From positions 1 to 40,565 of the IMG/VR virus record IMGVR_UViG_3300044840_000027: a stretch of 40,565 nucleotides of DNA; one strand, given 5' to 3'. Within the stretch, counting starts at the first letter, position 1. The number at the start of each line of letters is the position of its first letter. The DNA comes from a virus (taxonomy: Duplodnaviria; Caudoviricetes). Below the pieces are notes generated by a model. It saw only the letters and a program-made list of their open reading frames with translations, was not told the origin of the DNA and searched no databases. The translations under genes and the position numbers were made by a program. Below are positions 25,958 through 34,163 of the stretch, piece after piece.

Positions 25958-26485
25958 CTAGACGGTGTCGCCCTCGATGGTGATCGAGCACTGGTCGTTC
26001 GCGTCGGAGGCGGCGCCGGCGTTGACGACTCGCTTGATCCAGACCGCCAGATACTCGTTCTGAAGCAGCGGCGCCGGGCAGGCGATCCCGGGCGCTGCCT
26101 TGGTGAGCGGAGCCGAGAAGGCGGAGCCGACCAGGGTAGAGAGGACCGGCGCGGCGTCTTCGTTCGCGATCGTCGCCGCGTCGCCCTTCGCGGTGCAGAC
26201 GCCGATCGAGATGTCGTCGCCGGTCGCCGTCGTCTGCTGGTTGATCCAGGCGACGAGCGGAGCGAGGAGGCCCGAGACGTTCGCGTCCTCGTTGCGGAAG
26301 TAGATGCAGCGATACTTGGTGGACCCGGCGACCGCCTGGGCGGCGTCGACGTCGGCGAAGAGGTTGTCGAGGCCGGCGCCGACAAGGGTCGTCGAGCGGA
26401 CTCCGCCGAGGGCGGCGTTCGGGTCGACATTGCCGACCCCGCCCGAGAGGTAATACTTCAGATTCGCCGCCGAAATAACCGCCAT
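25958..26485 (-). CDS. Putative virion structural protein
   Basis: LSGG..DPNAALGG..NLFADV..AG.TKYRCIYFRN..AVWIKRVV. Confidence 0.7.
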   Translation of the reverse strand: MAVISAANLKYYLSGGVGNVDPNAALGGVRSTTLVGAGLDNLFADVDAAQAVAGSTKYRCIYFRNEDANVSGLLAPLVAWINQQTTATGDDISIGVCTAKGDAATIANEDAAPVLSTLVGSAFSAPLTKAAPGIACPAPLLQNEYLAVWIKRVVNAGAASDANDQCSITIEGDTV

Positions 26486-28513
26486 CTAGACCTCCTCCTC
26501 CGTCTCGGTTTTGCCGGTGATGTGGCCCTTCTCGTCGGAGAGGAACTTCGTCTCCCGGCGGACCGTGCGAGCCTTCGACTCGGGGAGGACGACCTCGACG
26601 GCGATCGGCCGGCCGGCGACCGCGGCGATCGCCTCGTTGTTGTTCCGGAGGACGGCGGCGAACGGCTCGAGGTTCGGGCGGAGCGCCTCGGCCATCTGGG
26701 CGACCAGCGCGGGGACGTCGACGCTCGGTAGAACAGAGAGCTTCCCGATCGCCTCCGCGACCTCGGCGAGGCGCCGGTACGCCTCCGTCGCCGCCGGCGT
26801 ATCGGGAACCGAGGCCGGAGCGGCATCCGGCGCGTTCGTCGGTGGTGGAGCCCCGGGCGTCGAGCCCGGAGCGGGCGGCCCGCCCGCCGTTGGGGGAGAG
26901 GGAGGCGGAGCAGGGCTGCCGGGATCCACCGCCGGCGGATTCGGCTCGTCGGGGTGAGTCCTCGCGAGGACCTCGTCGACGTTGTTCACGCGGAGGGCGA
27001 CGAGGAGGAGCCGAGCGATCGTCCTCTCGTCGATCAGTCCCGAGGATCCCTGGCCGTTCATCGTCCGCGCGGTCGCGATCGCCTGCACCTCCTCCGCCGC
27101 GTCGTGCTCCAGGATCGGCGGGAAGGCGACGTCGATTCGCCGGTCGAGCGGCTTCCCGGTTTTCCGGTCGAGGATGAGGACGACGTCGGCGCCGGAGTAG
27201 TCGTCCGTGACCTTCTTCGCCTTCAGCTGTCCCTTCGGGGCGAGACCGCTCGCGTCGAGGACATAGGCGGCGAGGTCGGTGAAGGTGTCCACCCAATCCT
27301 GTTGGCGAGCGGTCATCTGGAGCTCGGTCGGCCGGTCGAGGCTCTTCGCCGTCGCGTAGTTACCGAGCGTCGCGTCGCCCCAGAGCATCGTCTCGGGGAT
27401 CCCGGTTCCGGCGGAGACCATCAGGCCCAGCCGCCGCCCCTCGTCCGGGCTCGGCTGCATCCCGGCGGTCCGGATCGGCTCCATCTTCGCCGAGCCTTCG
27501 CGCTGGATGAGCGTCGAGCCGGCGACGGGGGGCGGGTTGTGTTCGCCCGAGGAGGTATCGGAGCCGACCGTCGTCTGGAGCATCGCTCGAGCGGCGGCGA
27601 CCGTCTGGGGCGACCCCTTCACGGTGAGGTTGAAGGCGAATTTCGCGAGCGCCTTCCTGACCGTCGCGTAGTTCTCGAGGTCCTGCTGGACCGCTCGGGC
27701 CCAGTCGATGGCGGGGAAGATCTCGGGGACGCCGAAGCGCATATTGTCGAGGCCGCCAACCTTCATGTGGTACACCGGCGAGTCCCACTTGATGTCTTGG
27801 CCCTCGAACTGCGACGGCCGCGACGCCGGGCGATAGAGCCAGTCCGGGTAGTAAGCCTCGATCGTCGAGCTTCCGGTCGCGAGGCCGGAGTCGAGGTCAT
27901 AGCCGTCGGCCTGCTGCCACTTCCGGTGGTAGAACCACGGCTCCCGGCGGTCGTCGGGGTTCGAGACGATCTGCTCGACCTCCTCGACCTCGATCGACCG
28001 GACGCGGACGGTCCCTCGAGTCGGATCCGTGAAGAGGGCAAGGAAGACGTTCCCGGCGACGCCGAGCTCCTTCTCCTTGAGCATCCGGGCGCGGTGCCCG
28101 GTCAGCTCCGCCTTGTTCTCGCGGAGGTCCCACCACGCCTGGAAGACGCCGTTGATCTCCGCCGACTTCGCGACGACCGCGACCCCCTGCCCCCAGACGT
28201 AGTTGGTCTGGACGTTGATCGCGTGGTTGATCAGCGGGTGCTTCAGGTACAGCTGGCGGCAGATCGTCGTGAGCTTCCGGAGTCCGGAGCGCGAGAGCTG
28301 CCCCTGGGTCTCCCAACCCATCCGGACCCAGCCGAGATCCTCGAGGGCGAGCTCGACCTCGGCCATCCGCTCGCGGAGTTCGATGGCCGACTTCGGATCG
28401 TCGGCGGACTCCATCAGGGCGGCGAGATCGGCGACGGCGCCGAGCGTCGTAGTCGATACGGTGGCGCCGAGCGGGATCGTCCCCTCGCGGACCGAGCCGT
28501 TGCCTCCCGCCAC
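26486..28513 (-). CDS. Portal protein
   Basis: Follows TerL; ELALEDLGW, YVWGQG, GNVFLAL, GNYATAKSLDRPT, VAFPPI; Pro-rich C-terminal extension. Confidence 0.88.
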   Translation of the reverse strand: MAGGNGSVREGTIPLGATVSTTTLGAVADLAALMESADDPKSAIELRERMAEVELALEDLGWVRMGWETQGQLSRSGLRKLTTICRQLYLKHPLINHAINVQTNYVWGQGVAVVAKSAEINGVFQAWWDLRENKAELTGHRARMLKEKELGVAGNVFLALFTDPTRGTVRVRSIEVEEVEQIVSNPDDRREPWFYHRKWQQADGYDLDSGLATGSSTIEAYYPDWLYRPASRPSQFEGQDIKWDSPVYHMKVGGLDNMRFGVPEIFPAIDWARAVQQDLENYATVRKALAKFAFNLTVKGSPQTVAAARAMLQTTVGSDTSSGEHNPPPVAGSTLIQREGSAKMEPIRTAGMQPSPDEGRRLGLMVSAGTGIPETMLWGDATLGNYATAKSLDRPTELQMTARQQDWVDTFTDLAAYVLDASGLAPKGQLKAKKVTDDYSGADVVLILDRKTGKPLDRRIDVAFPPILEHDAAEEVQAIATARTMNGQGSSGLIDERTIARLLLVALRVNNVDEVLARTHPDEPNPPAVDPGSPAPPPSPPTAGGPPAPGSTPGAPPPTNAPDAAPASVPDTPAATEAYRRLAEVAEAIGKLSVLPSVDVPALVAQMAEALRPNLEPFAAVLRNNNEAIAAVAGRPIAVEVVLPESKARTVRRETKFLSDEKGHITGKTETEEEV

Positions 28514-28710
28514 TACGTCGCCGGCGGCCCGAAGGCGGAGGAGTTGAACCCGAGGCCCTCGAGGGCGCCCTGCGCCATCTCCTTCAGCCGGCGAATGCCC
28601 TCCGCCTCGGAGTCGTTCGCGGCGATGTCGGCGGTGCAGTTGGTAACGACCGTCTTAAGATCCGCGACGGCGGTCGCAAGATCAGCTTGCCGGAGCCCTA
28701 GATTCGCCAT
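28513..28710 (-). CDS. Small coiled-coil protein
   Basis: Heptad pattern; TAGTG overlap with portal. Confidence 0.6.
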   Translation of the reverse strand: MANLGLRQADLATAVADLKTVVTNCTADIAANDSEAEGIRRLKEMAQGALEGLGFNSSAFGPPAT

Positions 28711-28911
28711 CTACCCCTTCCTCCTCCCTTGGTTCTGGCCCGACCCGGAGGTCGACACCGTTGTGACCGAGATCACGCGCTTCATCGCTTCTCGCATTTC
28801 GGCCTGGGCGCCGGCCTGATCTCCGTCGCGAGCGACGACCGTCTGCATCTGGTTGAAGAGCTCGAGGTTTCCGCCTACGAAGATGCCGGCCGAGTCGGAG
28901 ATATTCGCCAT
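28711..28911 (-). CDS. Hypothetical protein
   Basis: AGGAGG RBS overlapping the TerL stop. Confidence 0.6.
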   Translation of the reverse strand: MANISDSAGIFVGGNLELFNQMQTVVARDGDQAGAQAEMREAMKRVISVTTVSTSGSGQNQGRRKG

Positions 28912-28920
28912 ACCTGCCTC

Positions 28921-30549
28921 CTAAATCCGCGGGGAGATCTGAACCGGGTCGTCGTAAATCACGACCTCCTCGGTCGGCTCCGGCGGTCCGTAGAGGGCCC
29001 GCTCGGCTCGGTCGATTGCCATGATCACGGCGACGATCCCGTCGATCCGCTTCTTCGCCTTCCGCTTCGACGGCCGCCAGCGCCCGATCGAGTCCTGCTC
29101 GACGACCGTGTTATCGGCCATCCAGCGGAGGACGGGGTTCCCGCCATGCTCGAAGCGACGTTCCTTGACCAGCTGGAGGAGGTCAGCCGTCGGGCCCGCC
29201 ATCGTTTCGTAGCCTTGCCTCATCGCGACCATCTCGATGCCGGCGCCGACGAGGCCCTGGGCCATCTGCCAGGCGTAGGTGGGGTCGAAGGCCGCGTCCT
29301 GGAGCGGGAAGCGGAGGGCGTCGGCCCGGATGTCCCTCTCCACAGTTGCGTAGTCGATGGTGTCGCCCGGCGTCGGCTTGATCCACCCTTCGTCTATCCA
29401 ACGTTGGTAGGGGACGCCGTCGCGTCGCTCGGCAGCATCGACGTTCTCCTCCGGCATCCAGATCCGGACGATCACCCGGAACGGGCCGCCCTCCGTCTCG
29501 GGGGCGCCGACGATGGCGAAGGCGGTTAGGTCGCGGGTCTGGGAGAGGTCGAGCCCGCCCCAACAGGCAACGTTCGTGAGGAGCTCGGGAGAGACGACGC
29601 CGGCGGCCGCGTCCCAGCGGTCCATCGGCATCCACCGCTCGAACTGGGCGACCCACTCGTTGCCGTGGAAGCGCCGGAAGGAGTTCTCGTTCGACGGGTC
29701 CTCGGCCGCCTTCCTCGACTCCTGCTCGAAGTAGGAGACGGCGACGGTATGGCCGATCGACGGGTTCGCGGCTTGCCAGTACTTCGGAGAGCGGATGTCC
29801 CCGCCCGGCGGCGCCGCGTAGATGACGACCAGCTGCTCCGGGTCCTCGATGATCCCGGACGCGACCTGCCTCGCATACTCGTGCTCGAGCCACGCGAGGG
29901 AGAGCGGGTCCGTCCCGGCGGTCGTGAAGCTCGCAACGATCGGCTGCTCGCGCGCCGCGGTCGAGCGGATCAGCGTGTCGTAGAAATCCCGGTTCTTGTA
30001 CCGGTGGACCTCGTCGAAGAGGAGCATCGAGGGCGAGAGCCCGTCGGCCGAGTCGGCGTCCGCCGCGAGCGCCTCGAGCTTCGACCCGGCGAACGGCCCG
30101 TCCGTGATGATGATCCGCTTGGTCGACTCTAGGATCGTGCACCGCTTCGAGAGGGACGGCGAGGCTCGGACCATCGCGGCGGCGACCCCGAAGATGATCC
30201 CCGCCTGGTCGCGGTCCGTCGCGCCGATATAGACCTCGGCCATCGGCTCGTCGTCGGCGAACAGGCCCTTGAGCCCGAGGCCGGCCGCGAGCTCGCTCTT
30301 GCCCGACTTCTTCCCGACCTCGCACCAGAAGCGCCGGTATTGACGGAGGCCATCCGGACGGAGCCGGCCGAAGATCGGGCGGATGACCTGGTGCTCTTCC
30401 CAAGGGAGCACCTCGAACGGCTTACGCGCCCACTTGCCCTTCGTATGGCGGAGGTACTTCTGGAAGAAGACGACGCCGCGGTCGGCGGCCGCCTTCTCGG
30501 CATCGTTCCTCGGCTTCCACGGCGCGACCGGGAGCGGCTTTAGCTCCAC
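28921..30549 (-). CDS. terL: Terminase large subunit
   Basis: GKKSGKS Walker A, FDEVH Walker B, TTAG, GLDLS, KKRIDGIVA. Confidence 0.97.
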   Translation of the reverse strand: MELKPLPVAPWKPRNDAEKAAADRGVVFFQKYLRHTKGKWARKPFEVLPWEEHQVIRPIFGRLRPDGLRQYRRFWCEVGKKSGKSELAAGLGLKGLFADDEPMAEVYIGATDRDQAGIIFGVAAAMVRASPSLSKRCTILESTKRIIITDGPFAGSKLEALAADADSADGLSPSMLLFDEVHRYKNRDFYDTLIRSTAAREQPIVASFTTAGTDPLSLAWLEHEYARQVASGIIEDPEQLVVIYAAPPGGDIRSPKYWQAANPSIGHTVAVSYFEQESRKAAEDPSNENSFRRFHGNEWVAQFERWMPMDRWDAAAGVVSPELLTNVACWGGLDLSQTRDLTAFAIVGAPETEGGPFRVIVRIWMPEENVDAAERRDGVPYQRWIDEGWIKPTPGDTIDYATVERDIRADALRFPLQDAAFDPTYAWQMAQGLVGAGIEMVAMRQGYETMAGPTADLLQLVKERRFEHGGNPVLRWMADNTVVEQDSIGRWRPSKRKAKKRIDGIVAVIMAIDRAERALYGPPEPTEEVVIYDDPVQISPRI

Positions 30550-30900
30550 CTAAAGTCCGTGAGTGCAGCCGGCCGACACCCACGCGCCCTCTCGGATGAA
30601 GCCGTGGCACGTCCCACAGTGGCACGCGATCGACGGCGAGAAAGACGCCGGATCCCACGAGTCGACGGTCCAGACGGGTGGCCCGTAGCCGGGGGCAAAG
30701 GCAATCCCGCCGACGCAGAGCGAGCCGTCCGACTTGCGGTGGAAGAGCGTCCCCGAGACCGCCTCGTCGTCCGGCTTCTTATAGCCCGCCTCGAACGTCA
30801 GCCAATGCCCGGATCCGAGGTCGAGACCGCGGAGTTGGTGGCGGGCATTGAGCTCGGCGGGTAGGTCGACCGCCGCCGGGTGCGGAAGGAGGAGCTTCAC
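30550..30900 (-). CDS. DUF6527-like small metal-binding protein
   Basis: Start re-called to GTG 30900; WTVDSWDPASFSPSIACHCGTCHGFIREGAW. Confidence 0.65.
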   Translation of the reverse strand: MKLLLPHPAAVDLPAELNARHQLRGLDLGSGHWLTFEAGYKKPDDEAVSGTLFHRKSDGSLCVGGIAFAPGYGPPVWTVDSWDPASFSPSIACHCGTCHGFIREGAWVSAGCTHGL

Positions 30901-31340
30901 GAGAGGATCCCGTCGTCGACCTCGCCGGGCTCGGGCAAACGCAGCCGGGTCCGGGCCGCCGGCGAGAGGCCGAGCTCCTGCGCGAACGCTCGGACCTGCG
31001 CCGAGTATTTCGACGCCGTAAGCACCTTTGACCGGTCGAGGCCCTCGCCCGCCCGGAGGTCGGCCGAGATCTCCTCCTCCGCCTGGGCCTGTCGAGCTCG
31101 CGCCTGGCAGTAGGAGGCGAGGACGCCGCCGTCGACGCGCGTTAGGAGCCGCGGCGCCGCGAGCCTCCACTCGCGAACGATCAGCCGCCACTCTCGCTTC
31201 GCCTCCGGGTCGAGCCAGCTCGGGCAAGCGGGCGGACCGATCCGCGGCTTCGGCTCGTGCTCGGGCAGAGCGCGATGTTGGACCCGACCCTCGAGGATCC
31301 GGAGCTCGGTCGGCTTCGGCTGGGGACCACGCAGCCCCAC
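30897..31340 (-). CDS. terS: Terminase small subunit (P27 family)
   Basis: Start re-called to GTG 31340; RGPQPKPTELRILEG..PSWLDPEAKREW..LASYC..ELGLSPAARTRL. Confidence 0.93.
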   Translation of the reverse strand: MGLRGPQPKPTELRILEGRVQHRALPEHEPKPRIGPPACPSWLDPEAKREWRLIVREWRLAAPRLLTRVDGGVLASYCQARARQAQAEEEISADLRAGEGLDRSKVLTASKYSAQVRAFAQELGLSPAARTRLRLPEPGEVDDGILS

Positions 31341-31540
31341 TACCAATACCCCGCCGGCGGCGGCCCGGCGAGACCCGCTCGCTCCCGGGCAACGAAGTGG
31401 GCGACTCGGGCGAGCTGTCCGAGGAGACACCTGTCCTCGAGCTTCGGAACCGCCCGGCAGCGCCCGCAGCTAGCGAGGTGGGCGCGCTCCCGGAGAGCAG
31501 CGGCCCGGCGGCGCAATTCCGGGGTCGCGGCTTCCGGCAT
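31340..31540 (-). CDS. Small Cys-containing protein
   Basis: AGGAGGT RBS; H..CGRC..C; TAGTG overlap with terS. Confidence 0.5.
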   Translation of the reverse strand: MPEAATPELRRRAAALRERAHLASCGRCRAVPKLEDRCLLGQLARVAHFVARERAGLAGPPPAGYW

Positions 31541-31554
31541 ACGGCACCTCCTGA

Positions 31555-31695
31555 CCCCAAAAGTTCAAAACTTGGGCGCGCGAAACGGCGACGGGACCTC
31601 GCGGCGGCTGTTGAGGCTCTGACTTTTTCGGCCCCCCCCCTGCCCGGGGTCAGTCCCCTCGCCCGGCCGAACCGACGGCCTCGTGATCTAAGCGA
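31555..31695 (-). other. Probable cos packaging region
   Basis: Non-coding gap between HNH and terS; poly-G then AAAAA, CGCGCG and T tracts; HNH plus P27 TerS indicates cos packaging; cut site not determinable. Confidence 0.55.
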
Positions 31696-31699
31696 GCCT

Positions 31700-32014
31700 T
31701 CAGCCTTCGTCCTGCGACTGGTACCCACGGTTGCGCGCGTCGCAGCTTCGGCAGAGAGAGCGCAGGTTCGAGTGGGTGTCGGGCCCGCCCTCTCGACGAG
31801 GGACGACGTGGTCGACGAAGGAGGCGAGGACGAGTTCGCCGCGTAGAAGATGGAAGCGACAGTGAGGCTCGAGCTTTAGGTGCTCGTCCCTTAGTCGACG
31901 CCATACCCGTGTGCCGTAGTAGCCGAGCTGTTCGGGTTGCCGGCCGTGGATTGGGCAGGGTGCCTTGTATCGACACCCCCCCCTACTACAGGCGAAGGCA
32001 ATACGGGTGGGCGT
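31700..32014 (-). CDS. Terminase-associated HNH endonuclease (HK97 gp74-like), apparent ACG start
   Basis: Manual translation (M)PTRIAFACSRGGC..CPIH..YGTRVWRRLRDEHLKLEPHC..VDHVVPRREGGPDTHSNLRSLCRSCD; absent from ORF track. Confidence 0.85.
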   Translation of the reverse strand, partial: TPTRIAFACSRGGCRYKAPCPIHGRQPEQLGYYGTRVWRRLRDEHLKLEPHCRFHLLRGELVLASFVDHVVPRREGGPDTHSNLRSLCRSCDARNRGYQSQDEG

Positions 32015-32607
32015 TAGGTGGACGCCTCCCCTGTCGAGGCACCGACGGTCGAGGTGTCGGCCGTCCCTTCGGCGTTACCCGAGGAGGAGGTCGTTGCCTG
32101 GGTGGCTGCGTGGGCCGTCACGTCCGCCTTGGTGATCTTGTCGCCTTCGGGGATGACGGTCCCCAGGTCGACGCCGAGCGCGTCTGCGTGGCGGATGGCT
32201 GCCTCAGTCGCAGCGGGAGAGCCGTCCGCTTCCTTCGCTTCCTTCGGCGCCGAGGGCGCCTTCGCCTTGGGTGTAGAGGGAGGCTGCGGAGGAGTCGGCT
32301 GGGTTCGGAACCTCTCGACGTCGCCTGGCGGATACGGCTGGGATTCGTTGGTCGAGGCGGGGACGGGGGCGCCGAGCCTCTTCGCCGTCGCCTTGAGCGA
32401 CTCTCCAGTATTGGCGGCCTCGCGGGCTACCTCTTCCGGCTTCGGGCCGGTGTAATACGGCGAGACCGGGCCGGCGGCGGGACCGACCGGAACGGGAACG
32501 CCCCACTTCTTGGCGACCTCATCGGGAGACTTGCCCGTATTGGCGGCCTCGCGAAGAACCTCCTCCGGCGTGGCGCTGGTGTTGTGAGCGTTGCCTACTG
32601 GACCCAT
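32014..32607 (-). CDS. Low-complexity protein with two internal repeats and an E3-binding (PSBD)-like domain
   Basis: PEEV.REAANTG.S..AK..G.PVP twice; ATEAAIRHADALGVDLGTV..KITKADV; RBS AAGGAGGT. Confidence 0.7.
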   Translation of the reverse strand: MGPVGNAHNTSATPEEVLREAANTGKSPDEVAKKWGVPVPVGPAAGPVSPYYTGPKPEEVAREAANTGESLKATAKRLGAPVPASTNESQPYPPGDVERFRTQPTPPQPPSTPKAKAPSAPKEAKEADGSPAATEAAIRHADALGVDLGTVIPEGDKITKADVTAHAATQATTSSSGNAEGTADTSTVGASTGEAST

Positions 32608-32654
32608 TTGGAGACCTCCTTAACGTTGCTTCTTCCGGGGTTGCCGCCAGCGGT

Positions 32655-33455
32655 TCATTTGCCCTGTGCGGCGAAGGCTTGCTGCGCGATCGGATGATCG
32701 GGAGGAAGGAGAAGGGCCTTCCCTTTGGCTCGAGCAGCCATGTGGGCGGCCGAGAGGGCTGTGCCGGGCATCGCGTATTCGACCTTGACCGTCGCGACCC
32801 CAGAGCCTCGCGGAGCGATCGGCGCGACAGCGGCCGGGAGTCCCGAGCCTGGATCGACGACCCACATCGCGAAGTCGGCCCACTTCACATGCTGGAGGTC
32901 CGTGACCGCCTTGGGGTAGTGATGCTGCCCGGCGAACTGGGCCTTAACCGAGAGCTGGCCGGTGTGGTAGCCGGCCGGAAGCGGAACGCAGCTGTTCCAG
33001 ATCGAGTCGACGAAATCGCTGATCGTCTTCGCATCGACGACCGGCGTCTCGAGGATGCGTTTGGCGTCCGGGTAGCCGAGAGCGGCGAGGCCGGGTAGCG
33101 TCTTCGGGAAGGCGGCGACGGTTCGTTGCGCGTTCTGGCGGAGCTCGTCGACGAGCCTCGGGTCGCTCAGGAACTGACCGCTGTACTCGATCCCGGCCAT
33201 GTTGAGCACCAAGAACCAGCCGACCTCGTCGAGGAGCCAAATCGACCCGCCGTGATGGGCCTGGACGTTCCCCGGCCCGGGCTGGACGGCGTAGAAGGGG
33301 AAACCCTTCAGGACGAGGCTGATGATCTTATGGAGCGTTGCCTTCGCCTGCCCGAACGCCTTCGTCTCGACGCGGCCGCCGTGGTCGGGAATCTTCTCGG
33401 ACCACGGGTTGTCCTCGCTGACGACATGCGTCTTCGCGAGGTCGGGTTCGCTCAC
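32655..33455 (-). CDS. His-rich hypothetical protein (DUF6424-like, possible His-Me fold)
   Basis: Start re-called to GTG 33455; IPDH..QAHHGGSIW..NSCVPL..YHTG..QHHYP. Confidence 0.55.
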   Translation of the reverse strand: MSEPDLAKTHVVSEDNPWSEKIPDHGGRVETKAFGQAKATLHKIISLVLKGFPFYAVQPGPGNVQAHHGGSIWLLDEVGWFLVLNMAGIEYSGQFLSDPRLVDELRQNAQRTVAAFPKTLPGLAALGYPDAKRILETPVVDAKTISDFVDSIWNSCVPLPAGYHTGQLSVKAQFAGQHHYPKAVTDLQHVKWADFAMWVVDPGSGLPAAVAPIAPRGSGVATVKVEYAMPGTALSAAHMAARAKGKALLLPPDHPIAQQAFAAQGK

Positions 33456-34150
33456 TTGATATGGCCTCCTAGTACCAGCGCCGACAAGACGCCGATCGCG
33501 GCGACCGCGAGTCCGCCGACCAGACCGATTAGCCACTGGTTGTTCTGCGTGCGATTCCGAATGTCCTGGCGACTCTCGGTGCGTTCGGTGTCCTGAGCAG
33601 AGACACGAGCGCCGCCAGCGGCGATGATCGAAGTCACGGAGGTCTGCAGCAGCGTCACCGTGTCCCGGACCTGGGCGAGCAACTCGGACTGCTGCTGAGC
33701 GGCGGCCTGGACCGCTTTCTGCGCCGCGTCGGCCGTGGTTGCCACCGTGGTCGCGAGGGTCGCAGCTGCTGTGGAGAGACGATCGGTCGCGATCTCGGCG
33801 TTGCGTTGAATGTCGGTCAGCTTGTTGTCGATCCGGCCCGCTTCCGCCTTCCGAGCGTTCTCGTCCGCCCGGCCCCGCTCGTTCTCGAACCGCTGCTGCC
33901 AGTCCTTGTCCTGGTTCCGGAGCTTCTCCTCGTACTCCGCCCGCAAAACTGACACCTTGTCGACGCCGGCGACGGCCGCGCTGAGCTGCTCCTTGACGTT
34001 GACGGTCGGATCCATTGGCAACCCGTTATTGCCGACGCCTGGGCCACCATTGCGTGGCATATTCGCGAGGGCGCCGACGAGCTCAACTAGATCGGCGACG
34101 TATCGCTGGGGTGACTGCTTGCCGCCGCGGCGGCGATCCGTGCCGGCCAT
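33452..34150 (-). CDS. Coiled-coil protein with C-terminal TM helix
   Basis: Long heptad region; WLIGLVGGLAVAAIGVLSALVL; RBS GAGGAGG. Confidence 0.7.
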   Translation of the reverse strand: MAGTDRRRGGKQSPQRYVADLVELVGALANMPRNGGPGVGNNGLPMDPTVNVKEQLSAAVAGVDKVSVLRAEYEEKLRNQDKDWQQRFENERGRADENARKAEAGRIDNKLTDIQRNAEIATDRLSTAAATLATTVATTADAAQKAVQAAAQQQSELLAQVRDTVTLLQTSVTSIIAAGGARVSAQDTERTESRQDIRNRTQNNQWLIGLVGGLAVAAIGVLSALVLGGHIK

Positions 34151-34163
34151 TCAGCTTTCCTCC

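Noticed and set aside
11075-30132. Long plus-strand ORFs such as 11075..12193, 20068..21429, 21940..23466 and 26954..28819
   Set aside because: Antisense shadows of high-GC minus-strand genes; no motifs and atypical composition
9137-31540. Genome-wide amber recoding (TAG as a sense codon)
   Set aside because: The TAG stops examined fall at domain boundaries and are followed by start codons and family-typical N-termini; none was seen interrupting a conserved domain; no suppressor tRNA found
31976-31983. Frameshift or phase variation at the G8 run in the HNH gene
   Set aside because: Frame is already open through the run (CSRGGC) and restores the expected Cys motif
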